Shown here one piece after another: positions 34,369 through 45,974 of a DNA stretch of 64,000 nucleotides (its first letter is position 1; each line of letters begins with the position of its first letter). Source of the stretch: Blepharisma stoltei ATCC 30299 (lineage: Eukaryota > Protista > Ciliophora); contig CBFDEM010000060.1 of the NCBI GenBank assembly GCA_965603825.1, positions 248,001-312,000 on the forward strand, read 5' to 3'. Below the pieces are notes generated by a model. That model saw only the letters and a program-made list of their open reading frames with translations. It searched no databases and was not told the origin of the DNA. Both the position numbers and the translations under genes were made by a program.

Positions 34369-36630
34369 CTATGATTGAAGATGCATCGACGATGCACCGC
34401 TTGCTTTAGATGTCGAAAATCGATCAAAAGATGCTTGTCCAGGGGCCAATAGTTCGGGTAAACTCTGTACACGAATTCTGTGATTTTTATCTATAGTGCT
34501 AGAAGACTCTGTCAGTCCAGGGTGATATAAAGTCCCTGATTGAAAAGATTCTCCCGCAACAGAATTTTCTTTGGAATTTTCTTTAAGCAAAACTCCTTCA
34601 GAACTTTGAATTCATTCATGCTGCAATGCTTCATCAGCTGAAAGCCTCACCTTTGGATCTCTATTTAATAGTTTTTGTACAAAATCTAAAGCTTGAGGAG
34701 AAAATTTTTTTCAATGCTCACCTTCAAAATCAATTGGCGCCTTTAAAGTCATATCTATTAGTTCTTGCTTTTCTGGGTGGTCTATAGGCAGTCTATGATG
34801 AAGTAATAAATAAGTTATTACCCCAACACTTCATAAATCAACTTTATTGTCATAGCCTTTCTTTGCTAAAACTTCAGGAGCTGCGTATCCTAAAGTTCCA
34901 CATGTTAAAGTTTGTAGTGATCCAGGCATTGCAAGCTGAGAAAGCCCAAAATCTGCTAATTTGATTTTTGGGATTTCAGAATTGTCAACCAACAAAATGT
35001 TTTCTGGCTTGATATCTCTATGAATAATCCCAACATCATGCAAGTATCGAACGACTTCAAGCAGCTGCTTTATGATTTGGCTGACAGCATACTCAGAAAA
35101 GTACTTTTTATTTACAATCCTTTGGTATAGCTCTCCTCCGCGCACTTGCTCCATTACAATAAGCATGTGCTTTTTAGTATCAAAAACTTCTTTTAATTGA
35201 ATCACTCCAGGGTGATCCAACAATCTCATGATAGCGATTTCGCTTCGAAGCATTTCTGCTTCATTATGAGTAAGCCGGGCTTTTGTGATAATTTTCACTG
35301 CGTATTTTTGATTGGTGGAGTGCTCTATTACAATATGGACATCAGAAAATCTGCCATGGCCTATTTTCTCTTTAAGTTCGTAATATTCTTTAAACTTCCT
35401 TGTTTTGGCTGCAATTTCTAATAGCTTAATCCATTCATCTCTTTCTTCTCGAGAATCAAACCATAAATTTATTTCATTATATGAGCTGGATTCATGAGAT
35501 ATTGAAATTCCAAATTTCTTAGAAACATAGTAATCTCCAATAATATCTACATAACATCCGTCCATAAAAATGACTCCTGAAGGCATCTTGTCTTCACGAT
35601 GGTCATGGATTAGTAGCAAACTTTTCTTTAACGCTGCGAATTTCTTTTCAAAATACCCAGTTTCTTTGGATTTTTGATATACGAACCCAGAAAAATCACA
35701 TGCGTTAATTGATGGAAATTTATCAAGCCGAAAGTCTGCAAAGGTCTGTGCAGATACTACTCCACCTATTGTTTTGCATCTTTTTCTTTCTTTTCTATCC
35801 TTAGTAACTATTTGGTCTGGCTGCACCCCAAGCCAAATATCTTCTTTATAAGACGCTCTGAAAACTTCAAATATTTTTGGATGCTGTGTCAAAAAATTTT
35901 TGAAGTCTATAAAAGTCAAAGTACTTTTATTTCCAAAGGTATCTAAAATGTGGGCAGCAATTAATTGCACCCTTCTTTCTTGAAATTGTGTTCCTATGTT
36001 TTTTTCCTTATTTTCTGGATATTCTTCATCAGGAAAAACAGAAGTCGTTCTTCTTTTTTCGATTTTTCTGATTGGACTTTTTGAAGGTCCTAATTGGATA
36101 AATAAATCATGGTCGCTAGAAATGTCAGTTGTAGAAGTTGGCTGAGGAAGTAAATCAGCTGTTTCTTTATAAGAGTTATGAATCTGCATAGGAAATACGA
36201 TAGTAACTAATTCATTTTTGTCAATTACACCATCCTCTTTTAAATCATATAAATCAAAAATAATTTTGTATTTTTGGTCGAGCGTGCCTTTACTGAATGA
36301 AGCAAATCCTATTAAAAAATCTTCAAAACTTATTGATCCTTGCTTATTTATGTCAAATTTTTGAAATAATCTTTCTCCAAGCAAACCCTGCTTATAGGTT
36401 ACGGGTAACGAAAAAAATTGAATGAAAGTGTTTTTATCGATAGCTTCTTCGTCGCTTGTTTTTCGTGATAAATCTTTATATAGATCTTTTAATATCCTTA
36501 GCTCATCTTTTGTAACTGAGTAACTTTTACATTTAATAAGCACTTTTTTGATTTTTGGAGAAGCTCGTGCAGACTGATGAGTTATTGGAATTGGAGTTAT
36601 AACCTTAGCTTTGCAAGCGCAAATACCCAT
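34369..36630 (-). CDS. EF-hand + PH + CAMK-family protein kinase with N-terminal MGIC acylation motif
   Basis: EF hands DINKQGSISFEDF and DLKEDGVIDKNEL; PH domain; HRDIKPEN, DFG, APE; DLwSVG (TGA 34831); frame continues to TAG 34369. Confidence 0.9.
36184..36198 (-). other. in-frame 15-nt intron
   Basis: GTATTTCCTATGCAG (would insert VFPMQ after the EF hand). Confidence 0.7.
36388..36402 (-). other. in-frame 15-nt intron
   Basis: GTAACCTATAAGCAG; removal gives the typical LP-GLLGERLF. Confidence 0.78.
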
Positions 36631-37344
36631 TATTTATATTTATACTAGTCCATTAACTTAAAGCATTAAATGCCTTAACTATTTCAATATCAGAAATGTT
36701 TTGAGATAAATTGATGTCAGCATTATTAGAAAAAAAATTCTAATTCGTAGATTTCTTTATGGTAAAGGAAATTAAAATAAAATTGCTTAACAAAAATTGC
36801 TTTGAATTGGTAGCAAATGAATGCTTGAAACGGTTTCAGCCAGCTTATTGATTTTTTTGAGTGAAATTTTATAGGAGATATTTAAGGAAATAGATAAAAG
36901 CTAAAGAGCGAGAGAACAATGCTAGGCAAATGATAAATATCATATGCGGTTTTATTTTTGATAAAGCCAGCAAGCGCGGTTTAATTATAGCAAATTCTTT
37001 GCAAGGACTAAATTTACTGAGACTCTTAACAAAAGTTATTGGATATTAAAATAATAAAAGTAAACAAAAAATAAAATTGGATAAATTCTTAAACAAAATT
37101 CACCTCATAATAGAGCACTTATTTCTAATATTTAGTTTAATTATTGAAAGTTTGACTATATCTTATAAAAATAATAAAAATTTAATTAATTTAAATGCTC
37201 TTGGAAAACATTTTTCTAGGTTCGAAATAAAATTTTCCTTTAAAAATAATCCGTTTGACTATTTCTGACTAGTAAGTTTATATTTTGAATTTGTAAAGTA
37301 TATGAGTCAAAATAATTGTAAAATCAAACTATTATTTCAATAAT

Positions 37345-38256
37345 ATGGTTGAAAAATATTCGGCTTTTAAAGAAAGCAATTGGATTAATAGTTTAACAGC
37401 CAGCCCTGAAAAAAGAAATATTCGTGGCAGAAAGCCTCCTACATGCCCTCCAACAAATCAAAATAAACCAGATAACGATGAACTTTTCATGAATTTAAAT
37501 AATACTCCAAAGATATCAATTCATGTCAGTTCAGGTATTGAGGATATTTTATCTTTTACATCTTTTACTTCAAAATCCAAAACACCCAAGCCGATTCGAA
37601 AAGAAAGATCTTTGAGTAAGGGTGAAATTGCAGCTGAAGCACTATTTAAAAGAGCTGAAACAATGACACAGAAGAAAAACAAGATGGCTGAAAATTATTT
37701 ATCCCAAACTTGCACATTTAAACCTCAAATTGACCAAAAATCAATAAATATTGTTAAAAAAGCTTTACAAGAAGGAAGGGATATAAAAAATATTTCAAAA
37801 GAGAGAAAAAGAGAGGAATCATTAGAGAGGAAAAGAAGCGAGTCGTTAGAGAAAAAACAAGCAAATGGAAAACTTGCCTTGAAAGGATTTCTCGAAAGAA
37901 ATTATAATCGTAAAATTGATCAATTAAAAGAAAAAACTGCTTATACGCCACCGCCGCCGAAAGATGGGTTTGAAGAATGTACGTTTACACCAAAGATAAA
38001 TCAAGCATCGGTAGAAATGGTAAGATCAATAGATTTGTATCAAAAAGCGCTACTATCACAGAGAAAAATAAATGAAAAAAGAGAAGATCAAAAATTAAAG
38101 GCAAGGGAAGAAGAAATGGAACCATGTACATTTCATCCTGAATTATTTAAGCCTTTAATTATGTCTCCGATGCGAAGTATAACACCAAGATCTTCAACTC
38201 CAAAACGATATTCAGAAACAAATAGTCCTAGATTCAGTACTAATATAGAGTTTTAG
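37345..38256 (+). CDS. hypothetical protein with three CTFxPxI-type repeats
   Basis: CTFKPQI, CTFTPKI, CTFHPEL. Confidence 0.8.
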   Translation: MVEKYSAFKESNWINSLTASPEKRNIRGRKPPTCPPTNQNKPDNDELFMNLNNTPKISIHVSSGIEDILSFTSFTSKSKTPKPIRKERSLSKGEIAAEALFKRAETMTQKKNKMAENYLSQTCTFKPQIDQKSINIVKKALQEGRDIKNISKERKREESLERKRSESLEKKQANGKLALKGFLERNYNRKIDQLKEKTAYTPPPPKDGFEECTFTPKINQASVEMVRSIDLYQKALLSQRKINEKREDQKLKAREEEMEPCTFHPELFKPLIMSPMRSITPRSSTPKRYSETNSPRFSTNIEF

Positions 38257-38341
38257 AAACAAATAATAATTCGAAGATTTTGCTAATTATAATTACATAT
38301 TATTTAAAATTTTAAAAAGCAAATCCCCCCTATAAAAATAC

Positions 38342-40084
38342 ATGACTGAGAAAAGAATTAAACTTAAATACAATGACGAAACTTACTGTATAGGAGCTGC
38401 CCCGCACTCATTAGAAGAGCTAAACAGATTGGCAAGATCAGCGATACCTTCTCTTCAATCAATAAGTCATTTGACATTTTATTATAGCGACCAAGACGGA
38501 GATAACATAATCATCACAACAGCTGAAGGCTTAATTGAAGCTCTTGAGCATCACAATCCTCTTAAACTTTCTATAAAAAGTGGAACAAAAATAAGACTAC
38601 GAGAGCAGCAAAAATTGAGTGACCCATCGTTTCATATAAGAAGCTGCTATAATTGCTTAAAAGCTGTGTTCAGCATTATTATTTCAAATAGAGTTGTAGG
38701 ACTTGGCATTGTTACTAACAATAGGTTAGCCCTTACTACTTCTAAAGTTCTCCCAACCCCAGAAGTCGCAAAAAACGCTTATGCAATGTTCGATAAGCAA
38801 GGCTTCCAATTTGATTTTGACCCTTCTCAACTTTGGGCGTGCACAAATGATATCACATTAGTCAGTTTTTTAGCTCCTTATTCTTTATCAGATTTTCAAC
38901 CTATTGGCATTTCACCTTTTCTTACACCCAAGGATGGCGATAAAGTATATACGCTAGATTTGCCTAAAGAAAACGACCCAAAATCAAGCATTAAAGTTTT
39001 GGAGCTCAAAGAAGTCGTTGGGCCAAAATTATTTTATGATTCAAGAAGCCCTTGTGGGCCAAGCGGAAGTCCTGTTTTTGACTCAGAATGAAGATTGATT
39101 GGAATACAGACATCTCAGTGCGATTTAAGGAACGAAGCAGTTAGATGTTCAGAGCTTTATGATATGTTTAGACTCCTCCCTAGAACCTCAATTCTCAGTG
39201 AATTTTTACAACAGATTCAGCCACAAAGACCTCCTCAAGAAGCCGAGATTTATCAAAATCTCCTCGAAAATACTCCATTAGTGCTAGACTCAGTATATGG
39301 AGTTGTAGCAAGCAAAGACAGCTTTATACACTTCCAAACAAGCACAAAGCAAACAAACTTTATCCCTTTAGAGGAAAAGCTAGGAGATGGGTTTTCGATA
39401 TGCCCACTGCCATTTGGAGCCTGCATATCAGGTGGAAAAGCAGCACCAAGAAGAGCATGGATCTACTTTTTAGGCTCAGAAGTCAATTTTTTCAGAATTG
39501 ATACGCCAGCTCCATTTTTCACCCACTCCTCAATCTATTTAGATGATGGCTTTATCTATTTTATTGGGGGAAGAAATGATAATATTGTGCAAAGAGAATG
39601 CCATAAATTTAACGTAAAAGAGAGGAGTTGGGATAAAATTGACAGTCTTAGGGCTGGAAGAAGCTATCCTTCGCTTTGTGAAATGAACAGAACTCTTTAT
39701 GTTTTTGGAGGAGCTGACCAAGTCCACAATGAATTAAATTCGATTGAAAAATTAGAGAGGAATAGGTGAGTGATAATGGACATTATGATGCCAGCAGGGC
39801 TGCATGGAGTTTGTGCCTTGCCTGTGGATGGGGCGAGAGTGCTTATTTGTGGAGGGAAGTTTGATAGAACGAAATCTAACATGAAGCTCTATAGGCTAGA
39901 TCTTTCTAGGGCAACTTTTTCAGTGCTAACTGCTGGATCGAAGCTAGGAATCATGAGCTGCTGCTATCCAAGTTTCCAAAGGGATAATATCTATGTTTAT
40001 AATCAGAATGGAGAGCTCATTGAATACGTGAGCCAAACCGGTGAACTGAAAAAATATAAAAAACCTATAATATTCGATATTTAA
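38342..40084 (+). CDS. PB1 + trypsin-like + Kelch-repeat protein, 580 aa
   Basis: PB1 (IKLKY..YSDQDGDNI), trypsin-like GPSGSPVFDSEwRLIG, Kelch repeats (IYFIGG, LYVFGG, VLICGG). Three track ORFs joined by TGA 39089 and 39767. Confidence 0.82.
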
Positions 40085-40304
40085 TAATTTAAACTGATAC
40101 CTACACAGAAATCAGCTATGGTGTAAAAACTCACAAATAAATGAGCAAATAAATTTCAAATTTCGTTTACCTTAAATAAAATAAATTAGGCGAATTATAG
40201 TTTTTATCCAATTAACTTCTAAGTTTATTCATATTTTTGATGAGAAATTTGTTATGTTACCTTTAATCCATGTTGAATTAATATAAAAAGAGCAAACAAG
40301 TGTC

Positions 40305-41612
40305 ATGGGCATAAAAACGATTGCTTTGAGCATGCTTATACTAAGCACATGTTTATGCTTCGGAAACGAAGAACTTCTTGGAGATACAGATGGGGCCTGG
40401 TCTCTTCTAGGATTCAATGGCTATGCCGGAGAAGTCTTGATCAATCCTGTCACAGGGTCATCATATTTTTATTGGCTCTTTGAAGCAGTGAATGGAAATA
40501 TTCTCACAGACAAGCGTCCAATTATTATATGGCTTCAAGGTGGGCCTGGCTGCTCTGGGGAGACTGGAATATTGTTTGAGAACATCGGTCCATTTTATAT
40601 TAGTAACAGTACCCAGCCAACTATCAACCCTTACGCATGGAACTCTGAATACCACGTCATGTCAATCGATTTCCCTCTTGGGGCTGGATTTTCTTATCAC
40701 AAGGCTCATTATGACATGAAAAATACCACAGCCCAGGCCACTGCACAGCTTTACAATCTTCTTGTCAAGCTGAGCCAAAAATACCCTACTTGGTTCAATA
40801 GAGATCTGTATTTCTTTGGAGAAAGTTATGCAGGACATTGGATTCCTGGAATTGCTTATACAATTTTGATGAACAACAAGGCGCCAGGTGTGCAAACAGT
40901 TTTCAACCTAAAAGGGGTTGGGATGGGAGACCCATGGACTGAGGCTTACACACAGCTTCAATCATACGGTTCTTATTCGTACCAAAGAGGACTTATTGAT
41001 ATGGAAGAGCTGCAAATTATAAACACCCTCCAACAGCAAGTTTTGGATGAAATGGCGAACCAAGAATGGGATCAAGCAAACAATGACTTGAACTCAGTCA
41101 CTGACTTAATTGTGACCTATGCAGGCGGAATTAATGTTTATGACATAAGAAGCTACGAGACCAATTACAATCTAGGCCAAATCCCAACATGGCTTGGTCT
41201 AAACTCCACTAAGAATTTGCTACACGTACCTTTAACTTTAGACTGGGACCAATGCAGCGGTGCAGTCAACGACGGATACAATTTTGACACTTTAGACAGC
41301 ATGAGCAAGTATTTACCTCTGATGCTGGACAGCATTAAAGTTATGGTCTACAATGGCGCTGATGACTTAATCTGCGAATCTGTAGGAACTCTGCAAATGC
41401 TTGATGCTGTAAATTGGCCAGGAATTGGTCAATTTATTAACTCGCCTAGAAAGATTTGGAGAGTCAATGGACAAATTGCAGGGTATGCCAATTCCTTTGG
41501 AAACCTGAGCTTTGTTATAGTGTTGCGAGCAGGACATATGGTCCCCCACGATCAACCTCAAAACGGGCGTGATTTGGTTTACAGATTCATCAACAATGAA
41601 GGCTGGCAATAA
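40305..41612 (+). CDS. secreted serine carboxypeptidase (S10)
   Basis: Signal peptide; WLQGGPGCS, FGESYAGH, DLIC, AGHMVPHDQP; catalytic triad intact. Confidence 0.95.
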   Translation: MGIKTIALSMLILSTCLCFGNEELLGDTDGAWSLLGFNGYAGEVLINPVTGSSYFYWLFEAVNGNILTDKRPIIIWLQGGPGCSGETGILFENIGPFYISNSTQPTINPYAWNSEYHVMSIDFPLGAGFSYHKAHYDMKNTTAQATAQLYNLLVKLSQKYPTWFNRDLYFFGESYAGHWIPGIAYTILMNNKAPGVQTVFNLKGVGMGDPWTEAYTQLQSYGSYSYQRGLIDMEELQIINTLQQQVLDEMANQEWDQANNDLNSVTDLIVTYAGGINVYDIRSYETNYNLGQIPTWLGLNSTKNLLHVPLTLDWDQCSGAVNDGYNFDTLDSMSKYLPLMLDSIKVMVYNGADDLICESVGTLQMLDAVNWPGIGQFINSPRKIWRVNGQIAGYANSFGNLSFVIVLRAGHMVPHDQPQNGRDLVYRFINNEGWQ

Positions 41613-41641
41613 CTAAACTCTTTTTATTACCTGAAATAGAA

Positions 41642-42881
41642 TTAATTAGTCTCTTTCAGTTTTGCGACAATGTTCCTCCTCTTTTCTAGTTCTTCTTCAC
41701 TCACTACAGGTGGGAGGTGCGAGTCTTTCTTCTGGCTGTAGTCTGATCCTCCATTGTCGAGGTATTGCTTGAACTCGCTTTCTCTTTCTTGCTTCTTTCT
41801 AGCGAGAAGTAAGTCTCTCTGCTTCTTGAGCCTTGCTTGCCTTTGTGCAAGACTTTCTACGCCTGCTTCTTGGCTTTCTCCTGGTAATAATTCGTTCTTC
41901 TTTAGAATTTCATTGGCAGTGTCTTCAAGGTGCTTCGACTCTTCTTTTTGGGCTGATACATCATATCCTGCCCTGAGATCTTGCAAATTGACTTCACCTT
42001 TTTTGCGCAGCGGACCTAAAGCAACTTCCTTTCGCTTCATTTCTTCTTCGTGCTGCTTGACTTCTTCCATGACCTTTTTCCTTGCGATTTCTTCTTTTCT
42101 CCTCCTGTCTTCATTCTTTTCCTCTTCCCTCCTTTTGGCTTCTTCTTCCTCTTTTCTCCTTATCTCAACCTCCCTTCTCTGTTTTTCTTCATATTCCTTC
42201 CTTTTACTTTCTTCCATCTGCTTCACTTTATTTTCCTCAACTCTCTTCAAATTCTCAATGATTTTTCTCTCTTCCTCTTCTTTTTGGTGTTTTTCACTCA
42301 TTTGAGCTTTGTAGATTTCTTCACTTTCTCTGATGGCTCTTTCTAATTCTTCTTGTTCTTCTCTTTCTCTTTGTTTGCGTTCCTCTTCAAGAGCAATTGA
42401 CAAGGCAACGGCTGCTTCGATTTCAGCTTCATCTGATTCAGCTTTCACTTCATTGAACTCTTGCTCAGTGGCAAAGCCTTCTTTTTGGAGCATTTCCATA
42501 GCTTCCACTTCTAGCTCTTTGTTTCGCTTGATCATGAGTTTTTTAAAGCTTAAGAAATTGTCGCAAGCCAAGATCTGCTCGAAGATTCTATGATGCATCC
42601 TATTTTTCAGTCCTTTTTCGCACACTTTTAATAGAAGATTGGCAGTCACTCCAATTTCTTCAAGGAGGTTTTCAAGTAAGTTATCAATCATGTCTTTAAA
42701 TTGCTATGATAGAAATTACATTATGGACTTCAGTGTAAATGAACTTGTTTTCATCTTCGTTATCGAATATAATGCAATGTTCATCAATAAATGACATGAT
42801 GGGAATTCTCCATCCAGGCGACTTGAGGAATTGGACAATATAATCATATAGCCATTCAATTGAAGCGTCACCTTCTTCCAT
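41642..42881 (-). CDS. CFAP36: cilia- and flagella-associated protein 36 (BART-like domain + coiled coil)
   Basis: FLKSPGW..PIMSFIDEHCIIFD..ENKF.YTEVHN/QFKDM..FEQILACDNFLSFKKLM..RN.ELE; 16-nt intron. Confidence 0.87.
42704..42719 (-). other. 16-nt intron
   Basis: GTAATTTCTATCATAG; removal joins the two CFAP36 ORFs in frame. Confidence 0.85.
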
Positions 42882-42965
42882 TTTATAACTTAATTATCTT
42901 ATTATTTTATGATTCATTGAAATTTTTAGGCAGAAATTCAATAGCCAATAAATTTAGTAATTATT

Positions 42966-43730
42966 TTAATTGCGAGTAAGATTCAATAAATCAGTTGCTT
43001 TTAATTTTTCTGTGCTGATTTCCCCTTTCATGATAAACTGGGTGTCATTTTCAGCGTTTCTATTTATCAATTGCGCTTCAGATTTGTCTTCAAGTGAATT
43101 TAAACGTCGCTCTTCATATGACACTTTTTCAATTATCACTGTTCTTGCTATAATTAAAAATGAAGCATTGACTATTGTGATAAACACCAGAATAGCCAAT
43201 GATAATTTTGGTCCGTCTTCTGTACATATATCAATATTAGCATTATCTGAATTATGGCAATCTCCATTATATGTAACTTCTGTCACGCTAAGCCATGTGA
43301 CAATCGCAATCAAATGCCCTATTCAAGCCATCGCACAGAAAAATAAAGAGCTCACCAAATAATCTTTTTTTATCAGGAAAAGAAATAGAATAATACTCCA
43401 AATTGTTGTACAGCCAATTGACAAGCATTCAAAAATGATATAGCTACTTCCTCCAATATAAAGATTTTTTCAGAATTTGCATGTTTTATGTGTGCACAAA
43501 TAATAAAGATCAATAAAGCGAGCATGGTTGGATTCTTTTAAGGTTTCAGTGGTTTCCAGTAATTTGCCTTTGAAATCTCTACTAATATCACTGCTAGAAG
43601 AACTAAAAGAGGACCAATTAGGTACAAATAAAGTTGCAATCATGCACCCAAGAGCAATAGCATTGAGGCATAAAAAGATTCAGAAAATCAGCCTATGATC
43701 TATCTTGCATACCTTAATTTTATAGTCCAT
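42966..43730 (-). CDS. four-TM claudin/tetraspan-like membrane protein, 254 aa
   Basis: Continuous from ATG 43730 with three TGA=Trp; TM1-PNW-loop with C..C-TM2-TM3-C..C-TM4. Confidence 0.7.
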
Positions 43731-44793
43731 ATTTTTATTTTGAAATTGTTAAATCATTCTTTATGAATGAATCCTTTATGTCTCAATTTTTCATTAGGGA
43801 GGAGCTGCTTCTGTGGGCAAGTTACCGATTAATTTTTTTTATTTATGTAAAATTTGCTCGGGCAATTTACTTTCCTAGCACTTTCATTATTATAAAGTTC
43901 TGCTTTTTAGAAAATCTTTATCCATGGCATTAGTTAGCAAAGGGCATTGTCTGGTATTTAAACATCTTCAAAGCTAAGGGTTTATCTATTCATAACACCC
44001 AAGGAAGGCAACTCACAAGTGGAGCACAAGCAGGAGCTGGGCAATGCACGATGGAAACGCTCATAGTGAGACGGTGAAGTCAGCTTAGTGGCTCATTGCT
44101 TTGAATGCCTGCCATATGTGCCATTTTAAGTGGCAAGATGAACTAGTTCTCAGCTAAGTCCCTTTACTTTAAGTGCACAAGATACTATATAATTCGCGAT
44201 TAGCTATAGCTCGGCTTCAGGAGGTTGGGAAGAAGAAGATTAATTAATTTAACTTCACTTAAATATCATAATATTAGTAATAATATAATATAATAGCAAT
44301 AAGCAATTTTATAGAATGATATGCGTCATAATCTCTTTTAAAGATTGGATAAAAACGATGTGGCTTATCCAGTGATTTTTAATAAATATATTATTAGAAT
44401 TCAAGAAGATAGATCATTTTTGATTAAACTTATAGAAAGAAGGCAGACCTATTGATCAATAACTTCATGACCAAGTTTGACCTTGGAGATAGCTTTGGAC
44501 ATAAGAATATAAAAAAGCGATGAAGTCTAAAAATTATGCATCTCTGAAATTGATTATTATTTATCCAATTTAAACCTTCATATCTAATATAACAAAGGAA
44601 AAATGCATTTGAGCTCGAGGATATAAAAAATAGAGTGTTAGACAAGTGCTAGAGTTTAGAGATTTCTTTAAAAATTGTTAATTTTAATACAGCTAAGACT
44701 ATAAATCTAAAAATAAAGCCAATTATTTTTCAAACCACTTTTAGGAGATCATCCTTCTGATATGTTAAGATTCAAATAAACAGAAATTTAAAT

Positions 44794-45586
44794 TGAATCA
44801 ATTAATCATTAGACATAGGATGGGTTACACTTGTCAACCACATGAGGACACGACTGCTTAGATATAGAAAAAGAATTTATGACATGAATAGCCGCCTGAC
44901 AGTCCTTATGAGGAAACTGAACTCCCGCGAGCTATTGCCATGAGAGATGAGATGCAGGTAGACACTTACACTAGTAGACATGAGTGAATACCAGCGAGAA
45001 GACAAGCTGCAGGGGATAGACAAAGTAGAGTGGAAGCAAAAGATCAAGGAGGCTGTAAGACTGCTGAACTGAAGGCAATCGATGTATAGGCTGGAAACTG
45101 AAAATGAAAAATCTACACGAATGTACAGGTCTCTCATGGTAGGGATGGATTCTACAGATGCATCAGCATTTGTCAAGATTAATTCATGCAATGGAGCTGC
45201 ATTAGGAATGATACATAGAATGAGAGCAGGCTTCAACTTCTGTAACCTAATGCAAAATTAACGCACTTGACACATGATGAGATGTTCAATGAGTGTAAGG
45301 TACTGAAACTGAAGAGCATGTACTTACAGAATGCACAAGGTACGGCTGGTATAGACTTGAACTGCAGGAGCAACTTGATAATGCAGGTATAGCCTGCAGT
45401 GAAACGGTTTCACTTGAAGGTCCTTCAGGATGTGGCGTGAAGAGTTCAAGCTGAAACTGTAGGCAAATTACAGGTGCAACATGGTAGACAGCTAAGAATA
45501 ACAGATTGATTAATTAAAAGCCCTTAAGGGCTGCAACGATGCATACAGCATCGTTATAAGTAATGAATGAATGAATCAATTAATCA
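44794..45586 (+). mobile_element. 5'-truncated, decayed non-LTR (LINE) retrotransposon with 15-bp target-site duplication
   Basis: TGAATCAATTAATCA at 44794-44808 and 45572-45586. Interior encodes DIGW.TL..RLLRY..RI..M..RL...RMRAG...C...ETEEHVLTEC..Y..YR (LINE ORF2 C-terminus/zinc knuckle) with premature stops and a frameshift. 3' hairpins and (TGAA)n tail. Confidence 0.85.
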
Positions 45587-45674
45587 AAATATCTGGAAAA
45601 AAATATTGAAAACGAGGTTCAAGATATTATTGAAATGCTTTAATCATTTGAAATTTATTTTTTGACAAATGAAC

Positions 45675-45974
45675 TTAATATCTCCTTATTATTTGCCTGT
45701 ACCTAGTGTCTCTCTCAACAATTTTAGTTTTCAACCCTTGCCTGAAAGCATCCATGTAATGATCGCGGCCTGGGATTTCCTTCTGACTCTGAATTGGCTT
45801 AAGATCAACAACCTCTCTTTTATGGTAAGTAAATCCTCCCCTTTTCATCAAATCTTTTGGTTCAAATGGGTATGATCTATACTTTTCGAGATCTGGATCA
45901 TTTGGTATAGGATAGAGTTTAGGAGGTAGCATCAACTTGCTTAAGGGTTTGATAAATGAGTTAACTCTCACCAT
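45675..45974 (-). CDS. hypothetical basic protein, 99 aa
   Basis: ATG-to-TAA ORF with coding-like composition and AT-rich flanks. Confidence 0.65.
   Translation of the reverse strand: MVRVNSFIKPLSKLMLPPKLYPIPNDPDLEKYRSYPFEPKDLMKRGGFTYHKREVVDLKPIQSQKEIPGRDHYMDAFRQGLKTKIVERDTRYRQIIRRY

Noticed and set aside
41754-42593. Long + strand S/F/L-rich ORFs (similar ones at 19377, 23368, 28302, 58483, 61441)
   Set aside because: Antisense shadows of E/K/R-rich or conserved - strand genes
43991-44002. TAACACCC, one permuted unit of the heterotrich telomere repeat; considered as a telomerase RNA template or telomere addition site
   Set aside because: Only one 8-nt unit with no 1.5-repeat template or tandem array; expected by chance in 64 kb
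44400-44700. Weakly coding-like sequence between the two GC-rich islands
   Set aside because: No intact frame or recognisable motif
44877-45236. 119-aa - strand ORF in the track
   Set aside because: Antisense to the LINE ORF2 remnant
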